Shown in pieces: positions 19,882-28,240 of a stretch of DNA of 38,068 nt. The DNA is from a virus. Lineage: Duplodnaviria > Caudoviricetes. The notes below the pieces were generated by a model that was not told where the DNA came from, ran no database searches, and was given only the letters and a program-made list of their open reading frames with translations. Both the position numbers and the translations under genes were made by a program. Positions within the stretch are counted from its first letter, which is position 1, and each line of letters opens with the position of its first letter. Where the stretch lies: positions 1-38,068 of IMG/VR virus record IMGVR_UViG_3300033067_001427; one strand, 5' to 3'.

Positions 19882-19923
19882 CCGCACGGGATGTTACGGT
19901 TATTTATGCATCGGGATGTATGC
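19882..19923 (-). promoter_or_regulatory. Tandem hairpins with ACAUCCCG loops
   Basis: GCAT-ACATCCCG-ATGC (19908..19923) and CCGTA-ACATCCCG-TGCGG (19882..19899). Confidence 0.65.
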
Positions 19924-20040
19924 TTTGATTTAAGTTATACTAATGTGTTCCCATGTAAAAAAATAGAGCTGATAAAAACAAAATACTGCCAAGTAAAAGC
20001 ACGTTTTTAATAAAATACCAATTAATCATTTCACTTCCCT

Positions 20041-20235
20041 TTAATTTACTGGCAATTCAAAATAGACGTACTCGTCTGGACAGTTTGTACATTTTAAATA
20101 GATATCAGTGTAGTATTCTGGATTATCGTCTTCTTGCGAATATATCGAGTAAACATTCCCGCATGCATCACATTTTTTTTCATATTTCTGCCGCCAATCA
20201 AACTTAATATTTTCACAACCTTCATTAAACTTCAT
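20041..20235 (-). CDS. Small Zn-ribbon protein
   Basis: CDAC...CTNC; ATGA coupling. Confidence 0.6.
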   Translation of the reverse strand: MKFNEGCENIKFDWRQKYEKKCDACGNVYSIYSQEDDNPEYYTDIYLKCTNCPDEYVYFELPVN

Positions 20236-20561
20236 TTCCCCTCCTCAATCTTTTTAAGCGCATCGACCAACAACTTAAGCGTACTACCTCTAATAATAGT
20301 TGAAATAGCACCGCCCCATTCCATATTTATATCTACAGTTCTAATAACGTCTGATTTAAATTCTTTTAGCGCCTCTCTCGCCACACTCAATTTCTCTCTG
20401 AGCCGTTCCCTCTCATCCACATACTTCTTTTGCTGCTCCTCTATTAGCTTAATTGCCATAGCCGATTTGCAGCCACAATCATCGAAGTGTGTCGTATGGT
20501 CTGTGGTGTATGTCGGGACAGACTTAAGCGGGTATATGTCATCGTCTAGTTCGGTGGTCAT
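20232..20561 (-). CDS. Hypothetical protein
   Basis: 109 aa, TTHFDDCGC motif, coupled. Confidence 0.55.
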   Translation of the reverse strand: MTTELDDDIYPLKSVPTYTTDHTTHFDDCGCKSAMAIKLIEEQQKKYVDERERLREKLSVAREALKEFKSDVIRTVDINMEWGGAISTIIRGSTLKLLVDALKKIEEGK

Positions 20562-20752
20562 TTAACGCCCCACTTCCATTGACACCCACCAATAGAAAAA
20601 AACCAACCAAAATAAACAACATTGCTTTCCTTAGCTCTGTCTTGAAGCGAGAAGCAAGTATTCTGGTCTAGGCTATAACCAACTATTGCCTCTAAAAAAA
20701 AAGTAAACCAAAAAATATTTCTAATCGTTTTAATTATGTTTTTCATCACCAA
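20558..20752 (-). CDS. Small membrane protein
   Basis: 64 aa, hydrophobic N-terminal helix, GGAGG RBS. Confidence 0.5.
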   Translation of the reverse strand: MVMKNIIKTIRNIFWFTFFLEAIVGYSLDQNTCFSLQDRAKESNVVYFGWFFSIGGCQWKWGVK

Positions 20753-20792
20753 TCCCCATCCTCCAATTTCACGGTTAAAAGTTTTGTGTGGG

Positions 20793-21070
20793 TTATTCTT
20801 TTTCCTCTATAAGCCCAAACGCTCTTGATACTTCAATTGGTTCTGGCTTTTTCCAATTCAATACTTGTCCAGTCTCCAAATCGATATCTAAATTAAATAG
20901 TCACCGTAGTGCTCACCAGGGAAAAAGCTCGGCACATAGTTCTCGTCTATTTCGGCAAGTTTTTGTCCGAGCATTCCTTTTAGTGTGTAGTGCCCACTAT
21001 CACAAACTTTTACATGAACAGAAACGGCTTTTGCGGTTAGCGTTTCAACTATCTTTTTTGGTAGTTCCAT
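20793..21070 (-). pseudogene. Frameshifted hypothetical phage gene
   Basis: 60-aa ORF stops at HYGDYLI* (20888); the -1 frame continues DIDLETGQVLNWKKP...EKE* to 20793. Confidence 0.6.
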
Positions 21071-21095
21071 TCTCTCCCCCGTTTAAGTCGTGTGG

Positions 21096-21332
21096 TTATT
21101 TGGATTTCTTAATTCCATAGCTATACTTTTTTCTAATTTTCATATCGCAGTCTTGATAATTAACTGGCGGATTTAGCCAATATTTATTTGGCTTAGTACC
21201 ACACTCCACCGAGCATTCACCAAAGCTAGAACACATTGCCGCTACCCTACAAAGTTTAATCTTCTTACAAATATTGTAGTCGGTGAACGGGTTTTGGTTG
21301 AACAAAATCACGCTGGCAATAGCAACAATCAC
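21096..21332 (-). CDS. Cys-rich hypothetical protein
   Basis: 78 aa, GAGGGG RBS, hydrophobic start. Confidence 0.45.
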   Translation of the reverse strand: MIVAIASVILFNQNPFTDYNICKKIKLCRVAAMCSSFGECSVECGTKPNKYWLNPPVNYQDCDMKIRKKYSYGIKKSK

Positions 21333-21385
21333 TCAATCCCCCTCATTTTGTTCTGTTAGAATTTTGGAAACTTGTTCGAGGACGG

Positions 21386-21646
21386 TCATAGCTCTCCCAA
21401 GTTATCAAACCATTGTTCGCATTCATTATTAAAAAAGCACCTACTTATAATATCTGGTCCTGTCAGCACCCAACCGTCATGCACAAGCATTCCAATTCGA
21501 AAAGGTAAGTTTGTTTCTTTGACGTTTAAAATTTCACCGTCGAAATCTTTTTTATCTAAAAAATTAATTCTAACGCCGGTCATTAAATCGCCTGTGTTTT
21601 TATTTACAAACACAAATTGTTTTATCTCACTCACATCACACCTCAT
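21386..21646 (-). CDS. Hypothetical protein
   Basis: 86 aa ORF in operon orientation; true start may be an internal GTG. Confidence 0.45.
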   Translation of the reverse strand: MRCDVSEIKQFVFVNKNTGDLMTGVRINFLDKKDFDGEILNVKETNLPFRIGMLVHDGWVLTGPDIISRCFFNNECEQWFDNLGEL

Positions 21647-21651
21647 AATTT

Positions 21652-21724
21652 TGCTGCGGGTTGGGGTCGATCCAACATTCCACCCTTAGCAGGGTTTACT
21701 TTTACCGCTTTAAGTTACAGCAGC
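21652..21724 (-). tRNA. Degenerate tRNA, anticodon loop CTGCTAA (Ser-GCT-like), no long variable arm
   Basis: Acceptor GCTGCTG/CCGCAGC, D arm ACTT..GGTAA..AAGT, T arm GTTGG-ATCGACC-CCAAC; non-canonical T loop, imperfect anticodon stem, no CCA. Confidence 0.55.
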
Positions 21725-21737
21725 TATTTAATTTTTT

Positions 21738-21860
21738 ATCCTTGTGGGCTATGTTCCAATTCTCCATCCGTTCGGTTCGCCTGTAAGGGCTACTAGCGAT
21801 TCAGACAGCCTAGATTCGAACTAGGATAGCCGCGCTTACACACACTTTTACACAAGGTAT
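21738..21860 (-). ncRNA. Circularly permuted tRNA-like RNA (YrlA/Y RNA-like topology)
   Basis: Closing stem CCTTGTG/CACAAGG, inner GGCTAT/ATAGCC, perfect T arm CCTAG-TTCGAAT-CTAGG (21809..21825) upstream of D-loop-like GGAGAATTGGAACA. Confidence 0.55.
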
Positions 21861-21876
21861 CCTCTTACGAGGAAAG

Positions 21877-22227
21877 TTATTCAAGAATAGACACTGTCGC
21901 AATCTGTTCTTCTTCATCACAAAGTGTTAGTCGTTTTACGTTGTATGTTATTTTAACGAGCTTGCCTTTTTCGGCTGCCTCTTTGAGCGTAATTGCCTGT
22001 GCTGTTTCAGTTACAAGCAAATCCTTGTCTTGATTGGACATGCTGCCTGTTCCACCGCGCATAACACCCAGACTTATGTCAGCTACTATTCTTTCAGGAC
22101 AAATAAGCGGGGTTAACTTATGAATCTTTTTCACTTGTCCGATTACTTCCGTATCTCTCTGTGAATAACCACATCCTACGAATAGGGCGGTTACGGTTAT
22201 TGCCATTATAGTTACTTGTTTTTTCAT
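21877..22227 (-). CDS. Putative lipoprotein
   Basis: MKK + hydrophobic stretch + FVGC lipobox-like site; GGAGG RBS. Confidence 0.6.
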   Translation of the reverse strand: MKKQVTIMAITVTALFVGCGYSQRDTEVIGQVKKIHKLTPLICPERIVADISLGVMRGGTGSMSNQDKDLLVTETAQAITLKEAAEKGKLVKITYNVKRLTLCDEEEQIATVSILE

Positions 22228-22474
22228 TGTTTCTCCTCCAATTTCTTAATATCAATCAAACGTGCTGAGTGAGATGTCTTATATGGAATGGTTTCTAGTC
22301 TGTGTTTAGGGCACCAAGAGGTTTCGGTGCAGTCAGCCTGCAAACTAAAAACTTCCGGCAATCCCTTCACATACTCAGTTAAAATCTGATTGCAGTGGTC
22401 TACTAGATGCCTAGTTTCCCTAGCTGTATCACTGCTATAGTTGTCATCTTGAAAATGTTCCGGTTTAAATAGGT

Positions 22475-22478
<4 letters not shown>
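22224..22478 (-). CDS. Hypothetical protein (true start MNLFKP)
   Basis: ATG at 22478 overlaps the stop of the repeat gene (ATGA). Confidence 0.6.
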
Positions 22479-22746
<268 letters not shown>

Positions 22747-22750
<4 letters not shown>

Positions 22751-23040
22751 CCCTTAGCTCCGAATGATTCTATCGCCGACAATCGCACGTACCAATATTG
22801 CACATTCATTTTTTGGCAATCTTTGTATTTCGCAAGCGTCCATTCGCCTGTTTCATAAACTATTGCTGGGTCTTCAAGTTTTACGCACGTCTTATTTATG
22901 CCGACTAATTTTCCAGTGTAGAAATAATTAGCGCACATTAATGTTACTTGCTGACCGATTAAACTTAATAGGCCTTCTTTTTCGTTTTCCGTTACTAGTA
23001 CTTTCACTTCTTGTTTCTCCTTTTTGTTAAAAAATTTCAT
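22747..23040 (-). CDS. Sm/LSm-like fold protein
   Basis: LLSLIGQQVTLMCANYFYTGKLVGINKTCVKLEDP (Sm1-like) and WYVRLSAIESF (Sm2-like); ATGA-coupled start at 23040. Confidence 0.6.
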
Positions 23041-23360
23041 AGTACTAAATCCTTGCAAAGCTCATCAAACGATGGTGATTCATTATGACAATAAAAGTAA
23101 GATTGTGGTGCTCTAGCAATGTGTTTATCCCACGCCTTCGCGAGCATCTCCATTGTCACACGAACTGATTTGGGTTTTGGTTTTAGGCGACGGCATTGTT
23201 TTGGGTGCGCATATCTGAATGTATTTGGTGCAACCAGTAATTTTAATCTATTTTCTTTTTCATCTACAGACGATACTTCCGCGATGTAAACTTGCCACTC
23301 CTTACAGAAATCAGGTGTGTACACACGAACACGGTCGCCTATTTTAAACCTATCACTCAT
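23037..23360 (-). CDS. Hypothetical protein with KOW/SH3-like N-terminus
   Basis: FKIGDRVRVY...AHPKQCRRLK. Confidence 0.55.
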   Translation of the reverse strand: MSDRFKIGDRVRVYTPDFCKEWQVYIAEVSSVDEKENRLKLLVAPNTFRYAHPKQCRRLKPKPKSVRVTMEMLAKAWDKHIARAPQSYFYCHNESPSFDELCKDLVL

Positions 23361-23465
23361 ATCTCCCTCTCATCAATAAACACGCAAAAAGCTAATCGCG
23401 TAATCGTCACGCAGGTTAATACTGCTAGGCAGTAGATGCACGACTTCATTAGATTTAAAATTAAG

Positions 23466-23723
23466 TTACTCATTTGCGGCTCCACTTCTTAAGTGCTCAA
23501 TGATTTGGTCGCGTGTCCATCTTGGTGATTTTTTAAGTGCTGGCGTTGTGACGGCTTTCTCAAATGTCCATCGATGTTTATTCCTGCCACAAAGTCTTCC
23601 ATATAAACACGAGACACTTAAGCCTGTTTTTTTAGATAGCTCGCGAAGAGTAAGCCACTCACCCATGTATTTGAAACGGACTTGCCCGCCGTTATCTGGA
23701 TATAGATTAGGATTCATTATCAC
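23466..23723 (-). CDS. Stand-alone HTH DNA-binding protein
   Basis: YMGEWLTLRELSKKTGLSVSCLYGRL...WTFEKAVTTP resembles the DNA-binding tail of phage HNH endonucleases. Confidence 0.6.
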   Translation of the reverse strand: MIMNPNLYPDNGGQVRFKYMGEWLTLRELSKKTGLSVSCLYGRLCGRNKHRWTFEKAVTTPALKKSPRWTRDQIIEHLRSGAANE

Positions 23724-23744
23724 CCCATGAGGTAGGGGGATTAC

Positions 23745-24161
23745 TTAAACGGTTGTGCTATCGCTGTCTGGTAAAGAGTCTGCCGTTTTTTCAATTTCTT
23801 TTTCTAGCGTGTACAGTTCTTTAATAAACCTAATCGAGCCAAGAAGTCTGTTTGTTCTGTATACTTCAATCCAAGTGCTTGCAATTTTTTCATGCACGTA
23901 AAGTTGTTTATTCTGCATGTTTTCACTAATTGAAAATTCATAATCGCCGCGCTTTATAATTGCGGTTAGTCCAAATGCTTGCACAAGATATGGCCCAATC
24001 TCGACAAAATCTATCCAGTCAAGAACGACAAGGCGTGAATACATGTCTTTTATATAGGCGTGATTAACTCGAAGCTTACGCGTTCGGTAGTGAAATGTGA
24101 TCCATTGTAGTAGAGTCTTGACTCTATTCAAGGCGGGCAGGGCCTTTTGGATTAGAGACAC
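23745..24161 (-). CDS. Hypothetical protein
   Basis: 138 aa ORF filling an operon gap; start uncertain. Confidence 0.4.
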   Translation of the reverse strand: MSLIQKALPALNRVKTLLQWITFHYRTRKLRVNHAYIKDMYSRLVVLDWIDFVEIGPYLVQAFGLTAIIKRGDYEFSISENMQNKQLYVHEKIASTWIEVYRTNRLLGSIRFIKELYTLEKEIEKTADSLPDSDSTTV

Positions 24162-24392
24162 TTAAGAATGTTTAGCTTGAAATACGAAAGAAATCAAAGA
24201 AGAAATAAAAGCACCCACAAGCATGCCAGCACCTGCGCCCCACATGCCTGATTTTACTTTTAAAGTAATAATATCCACATGAAGGCGGTCGAGTTTCTTT
24301 AATACTTTTTCATTATTGTCATCAAGGCGCTTAAGCTCACGTAAGACATGTTCTTTCCAATCGCCCCAATTGCTTTTATTGTTCTGATCCAC
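24162..24392 (-). CDS. Coiled-coil plus C-terminal TM protein (holin/XhlA-like architecture)
   Basis: 76 aa; WGAGAGMLVGAFISSLISFVF transmembrane segment. Confidence 0.5.
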   Translation of the reverse strand: MDQNNKSNWGDWKEHVLRELKRLDDNNEKVLKKLDRLHVDIITLKVKSGMWGAGAGMLVGAFISSLISFVFQAKHS

Positions 24393-24771
24393 TAACTAAC
24401 TTTCCTTCTTGTTTTTCTTTTTCTGATTTTAATTTTCTTATAATTAAAACCATTTCGGTCAACTCAGATGCGGTTAGATACTGCTTTGGTGTTTCGGAAA
24501 CGTCTTCTGTCGTGATTTTATCAGTGAAGCCTAAATACTGCTTAGATAAAAATATTTGCATAGCGACACTGCCTTTGTCTACACTCTCCCACATCTTTTG
24601 CCTTAATCTTGTGCGGAGCGTTGCCTTCCCTTTGGCTATTTCATCCGCAAAACGCCTGTCTAAAGTATCAACCGAGCAATTAAGAACGTATGCAATGTCA
24701 GTTGTAGGGCAGCCTAGAGATGCAAGTCTTTGTACTTGCACTGGGTCTATGGTTATTTTTGGTCTAGCCAT
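24376..24771 (-). CDS. terS: Terminase small subunit
   Basis: MARPK..HTH (LASLGCPTTDIAYVLNCSVDTL), GSVAMQIFLSKQYLGFTD motif; follows ParB-MTase as is typical. Confidence 0.75.
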   Translation of the reverse strand: MARPKITIDPVQVQRLASLGCPTTDIAYVLNCSVDTLDRRFADEIAKGKATLRTRLRQKMWESVDKGSVAMQIFLSKQYLGFTDKITTEDVSETPKQYLTASELTEMVLIIRKLKSEKEKQEGKLVSGSEQ

Positions 24772-25951
24772 TTAGCTCCGAGAATTTTTTACCGTCTTCA
24801 CGCACAGCTTGTTTGCCTGTGTATTTTTCCCAGCGTTGGATTATGACATCGCCATATAAAGGCTCTATCTCCATGCCGTAACATTTACGGTTTGTTTTCT
24901 CACATGCAATGAGGGTGGAACCGGAGCCGAGATATAAGTCGACAACGCTAATTAAATCCTTTCCCCATCTGTCAAAAAACCATTCGTGCAGGGCCACTGG
25001 CTTTTGACTAGGGTGCACCCTTGCTTTTGTATCTTCTTTTTCAGTGCCAAAAATGCCAGAGAATTTAAATCTCCCTATCGCGTACTTGTGTCTATTTTTA
25101 GACCAGCAAAGCTCAAAGTCACCAGAAATCATTTTATCTAAATTTGCTTCAACCTTTTTATCCCATACCATCCAAGAGCCTTTTTCTGCCCCTGGTACGC
25201 GGCTAATAAAATTGTTCGCTCCCCAAATAAACATTTCTTTTGGTTTAAACTGAAAAATTGGGCTCGGGTCGTAATCAACGTTGTCGCCTTCTATGTCCTT
25301 AAATTTATGCTTATACGATTCGTTATTCCAGCGTGATGGCATAGAAGAATAAGAGCCATCTAAACAAATCCCGTATGGAGGGTCAGTGTATACCATGTCT
25401 GCCTTCTCACCACCCATCATCCGCTCTGCATTATCTTTCACAGTACAGTCATCAATAAGAAGTCTGTGATTGCCTAATATCCACAGCTCCCCGCGTTTTG
25501 TTTTTGCTTCTTTTGGCACTTCAGGCGTTTCATCAGTATCATTCTCATTTGGCTCTGGCTCTAACTGAAAATCTTTAATCCCGAGCAAATCCAAATCAAA
25601 CGGGCCTAAGTCGCCTATGTCTAAGTGAATGCCTGACAAATCCAATTCCGCCCAACTCGCAATTGCGTTATCACTTTGCAAAAACAAATACTCTTGTTCT
25701 TGTGACTCAAAGCCTTGATAAACAACCGGCGCTTCAGTCCACTTATTCTTTTCAATTGATTTTAGCGTGCCGTGTCCTTTGACAATGTAGCCAGACAATT
25801 TACTGATAACAATTGGAGCGCGTATTCCTTGATAGTCTAGAATCTGCGCGAGCCTATCTATCTGCTCGAATGAGTGTTGGTTTCTATTCTTTGGATGAGG
25901 TTTTAAATCAGTTACTTTTACTAAAGCGTCGTACTTGCAATGGATGTTCAT
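24764..25951 (-). CDS. ParB-like domain fused to N6/N4 DNA methyltransferase
   Basis: LKPHPKNRNQH...IVKGHG; TDPPYG; HPSQKPV; DLYLGSGSTLIA. Confidence 0.92.
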   Translation of the reverse strand: MNIHCKYDALVKVTDLKPHPKNRNQHSFEQIDRLAQILDYQGIRAPIVISKLSGYIVKGHGTLKSIEKNKWTEAPVVYQGFESQEQEYLFLQSDNAIASWAELDLSGIHLDIGDLGPFDLDLLGIKDFQLEPEPNENDTDETPEVPKEAKTKRGELWILGNHRLLIDDCTVKDNAERMMGGEKADMVYTDPPYGICLDGSYSSMPSRWNNESYKHKFKDIEGDNVDYDPSPIFQFKPKEMFIWGANNFISRVPGAEKGSWMVWDKKVEANLDKMISGDFELCWSKNRHKYAIGRFKFSGIFGTEKEDTKARVHPSQKPVALHEWFFDRWGKDLISVVDLYLGSGSTLIACEKTNRKCYGMEIEPLYGDVIIQRWEKYTGKQAVREDGKKFSELNG

Positions 25952-26001
25952 TCATTAATTCTATTACAGGAAATGGTCACGACCGCAATTGTGCAACCGC
26001 G

Positions 26002-26274
26002 TCACTTCTTAATCGCCCTACCAATCGCCTCATAGCAATCGTCCAAAGTATGGACACTAGACGGCTTGTCCTCGATGAATTGGGATAGGGTGTAGCCGAG
26101 GGCGTTGGCTATGCGGGCTGCGCTTTCGAGTGTAGGGGCAAATTTACCGCTTAAATAACCGTCTATTGATGTGCGCTCTACACCGCTGATTTTACTAAGC
26201 GTGGCTTTGGCTATGTTGCCGGACTTGATTTGTGCCCGAAGGCGCTTAACGAAAATTGTCACTTCTTTGGTCAT
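26002..26274 (-). CDS. XRE-family HTH transcriptional regulator (candidate repressor)
   Basis: KATLSKISGVERTSIDGYLSGKFAPTLESAARIANALG; sits at the divergence point. Confidence 0.8.
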   Translation of the reverse strand: MTKEVTIFVKRLRAQIKSGNIAKATLSKISGVERTSIDGYLSGKFAPTLESAARIANALGYTLSQFIEDKPSSVHTLDDCYEAIGRAIKK

Positions 26275-26304
26275 GTGTAATTACACTACTTATATGAATA
26301 ATAG

Positions 26305-26333
26305 TTTACTTACCATACGCGTCGTGTTATAAC
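26305..26333 (+). promoter_or_regulatory. Candidate sigma70 early promoter
   Basis: TTTACT-17 nt-TATAAC with extended TG; palindrome GTGTAATTACAC at 26275..26286 is a possible operator. Confidence 0.5.
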
Positions 26334-26376
26334 GTACTCACTCGCCGTACACTTATCGGCTGATGGGAGTTAGATC

Positions 26377-26535
26377 ATGAGCAAGCCACAAGAAAAGATT
26401 GATTGCGAAAAATGCCAAGACACGGGGCTGATTGACGGGGAAGGCTGTCAGGCGTGTTGTCCACATGAGTATGATCCAGACTCAGGCGGATATTGCTTAA
26501 ACTGTCCGGCAAATAGGTGGGAGGACGGCGAATGA
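26377..26535 (+). CDS. Small Cys-rich Zn-finger protein (52 aa, not in ORF track)
   Basis: MSKPQEKIDCEKCQDTG...CQACCPH...CLNC; GGGAG RBS; ATGA overlap with exonuclease. Confidence 0.7.
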   Translation: MSKPQEKIDCEKCQDTGLIDGEGCQACCPHEYDPDSGGYCLNCPANRWEDGE

Positions 26536-27374
26536 AACAGACTAACAAATTTAATTTGCCCGATGCTATAGCACGCGCAGTAGCTAATGACCCATATACC
26601 AACGGCGGGGCTGACTATTCTATCTCGGCTCTTCTTAAACCTGCGCGCATTGTTGCATTAGAGAAAAAGCATTGGGACGAATTAGAAGAAGATGTAAGCG
26701 ACCGCATTTGGTCTATGTTCGGCCAAGCTGTACACGTCATTGCAGAACGTGCGAACGAAAAAGGAATTGCCGAGCGTAGACTTTTCATTGATGTCGATGG
26801 CAAAAAAGTTTCTGGCGGAATGGATTTGTACCATGGTGATGGCATCCTCACTGATTACAAAACGACATCAGTTTACAAAGTAAAAGACGGTGTGCCGGAT
26901 GAATACGTTAAGCAGCTTAATTGCTACGCTGAGATATTACGTCAAAACGGACACGAAGTTAAAAAACTAGAGATTATAGCGATACTAAGAGACTGGTCGA
27001 AACTTGAGGCTTTACGGGATGGGAACTACCCTCAGTCTCAAGCAATGCGGTTAGAAGTGCCCGTTTGGGAGTCCACTCGGGCACTAGGTTTTATTAAGAC
27101 GCGAATTGCTTTGCACGAAGCTGCAAAAGTTAATTTGCCTGAGTGTTCAAGTGAGGACAGATGGGCGCGCCCTGATACATGGGCTGTAAAGAAAACGCCA
27201 GACGCCGCACGTGCTACTCGAGTGTTTGATAATGAGGCCGAAGCCACAAAGATGGCGACACAAAATAAAATGCACTTAGAGTTTAGACCAGGATTAAGTC
27301 CGCGGTGTGAGGCGTACTGCGCGGCAAGTAAGTTTTGCGAACAATTCAAAGCAATGAAGGGGACGAAACAATGA
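26532..27374 (+). CDS. PD-(D/E)XK (Cas4-like) exonuclease
   Basis: GQAVH, E, SGGMD, DYKT, QLNCY motifs and C-terminal RCEAYC...FC. Confidence 0.85.
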   Translation: MKQTNKFNLPDAIARAVANDPYTNGGADYSISALLKPARIVALEKKHWDELEEDVSDRIWSMFGQAVHVIAERANEKGIAERRLFIDVDGKKVSGGMDLYHGDGILTDYKTTSVYKVKDGVPDEYVKQLNCYAEILRQNGHEVKKLEIIAILRDWSKLEALRDGNYPQSQAMRLEVPVWESTRALGFIKTRIALHEAAKVNLPECSSEDRWARPDTWAVKKTPDAARATRVFDNEAEATKMATQNKMHLEFRPGLSPRCEAYCAASKFCEQFKAMKGTKQ

Positions 27375-28084
27375 GCAAAGAACTAGCAACAATAAATACC
27401 GACGCAATTGAAAAAGCCTTAATAAAGGGCGACCTGTCTGGCCTGACTCCCGAGCAAAAAGTTAGCTACTACAATAAGGTTTGCGAAAGCGTTGGATTAA
27501 ACCCATTCACAAAACCTTTCGACTACATAGAGTTTAAGGGGAAACAAATACTATACGCACTTAGGGCCTGTACCGAACAGCTAAGAAAAATTCACGGTGT
27601 TTCTTTGCGAATCACATCACGTGAAATGATAGGCGACGTTTACGTTGTTACCGCACAAGCAAAACTTGGCGAGCGTGAGGATGAGTCTACGGGAGCGGTG
27701 CACGTGAAAGGGCTTGTTGGTGAAAACCTGGCAAATGCTTACATGAAAGCAGAGACAAAGGCCAAGCGCCGCGTGACTCTCTCTGTGTGCGGCTTGGCGT
27801 TTTTAGATGAGACAGAAGTTGAGACTATTGCCGGTGTAAAGCATATCGATGTACTCACAGGAGAGAAAAAGCCGGAACTAAAATTGGTTGAGCAAAACGA
27901 AGATCCTGGCGAGTACGTAGTACGTTACGGAAAAAAATACGTGGGTAAGAAGCTTAAAGACATTGATGATGGGGATCTAACTAATTTTATGGACTGGATC
28001 GAAAAAGAGGCGAAAAAACCGCTCTCTGATATGGCTCAAGAATTTTATGACGCCGCTAATAAGTATATAGATACTTGGAACTAG
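27371..28084 (+). CDS. ssDNA-annealing recombinase (RecT-like)
   Basis: GDLSGLTPEQK...CESVGLNPFTKP...MKAETKAKRR; paired with exonuclease; likely start MSKEL. Confidence 0.7.
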   Translation: MSKELATINTDAIEKALIKGDLSGLTPEQKVSYYNKVCESVGLNPFTKPFDYIEFKGKQILYALRACTEQLRKIHGVSLRITSREMIGDVYVVTAQAKLGEREDESTGAVHVKGLVGENLANAYMKAETKAKRRVTLSVCGLAFLDETEVETIAGVKHIDVLTGEKKPELKLVEQNEDPGEYVVRYGKKYVGKKLKDIDDGDLTNFMDWIEKEAKKPLSDMAQEFYDAANKYIDTWN

Positions 28085-28178
28085 TTAAGAATTTTTAGCT
28101 AAATAGATGAGGCCGCCACGCCGATACGCACTAATGAGGTTGCGTTAAAAAGTTTTTGTGCGTGGCAGCCAAATAATG

Positions 28179-28217
28179 GCAGCGCTAGGGGGTAGTTATC
28201 TCTTAGCGCTGTTTTTT
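28179..28217 (+). terminator. Intrinsic terminator
   Basis: GCAGCGCTAGGGGG-loop-TCTCTTAGCGCTG then TTTTTT. Confidence 0.75.
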
Positions 28218-28240
28218 AAGGCGCCGCGCCCGCAAGTGGG

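Noticed and set aside
26532-27374. Cas4 as part of a CRISPR system
   Set aside because: Paired with an annealing protein as a typical phage recombination exonuclease; no array or other cas genes
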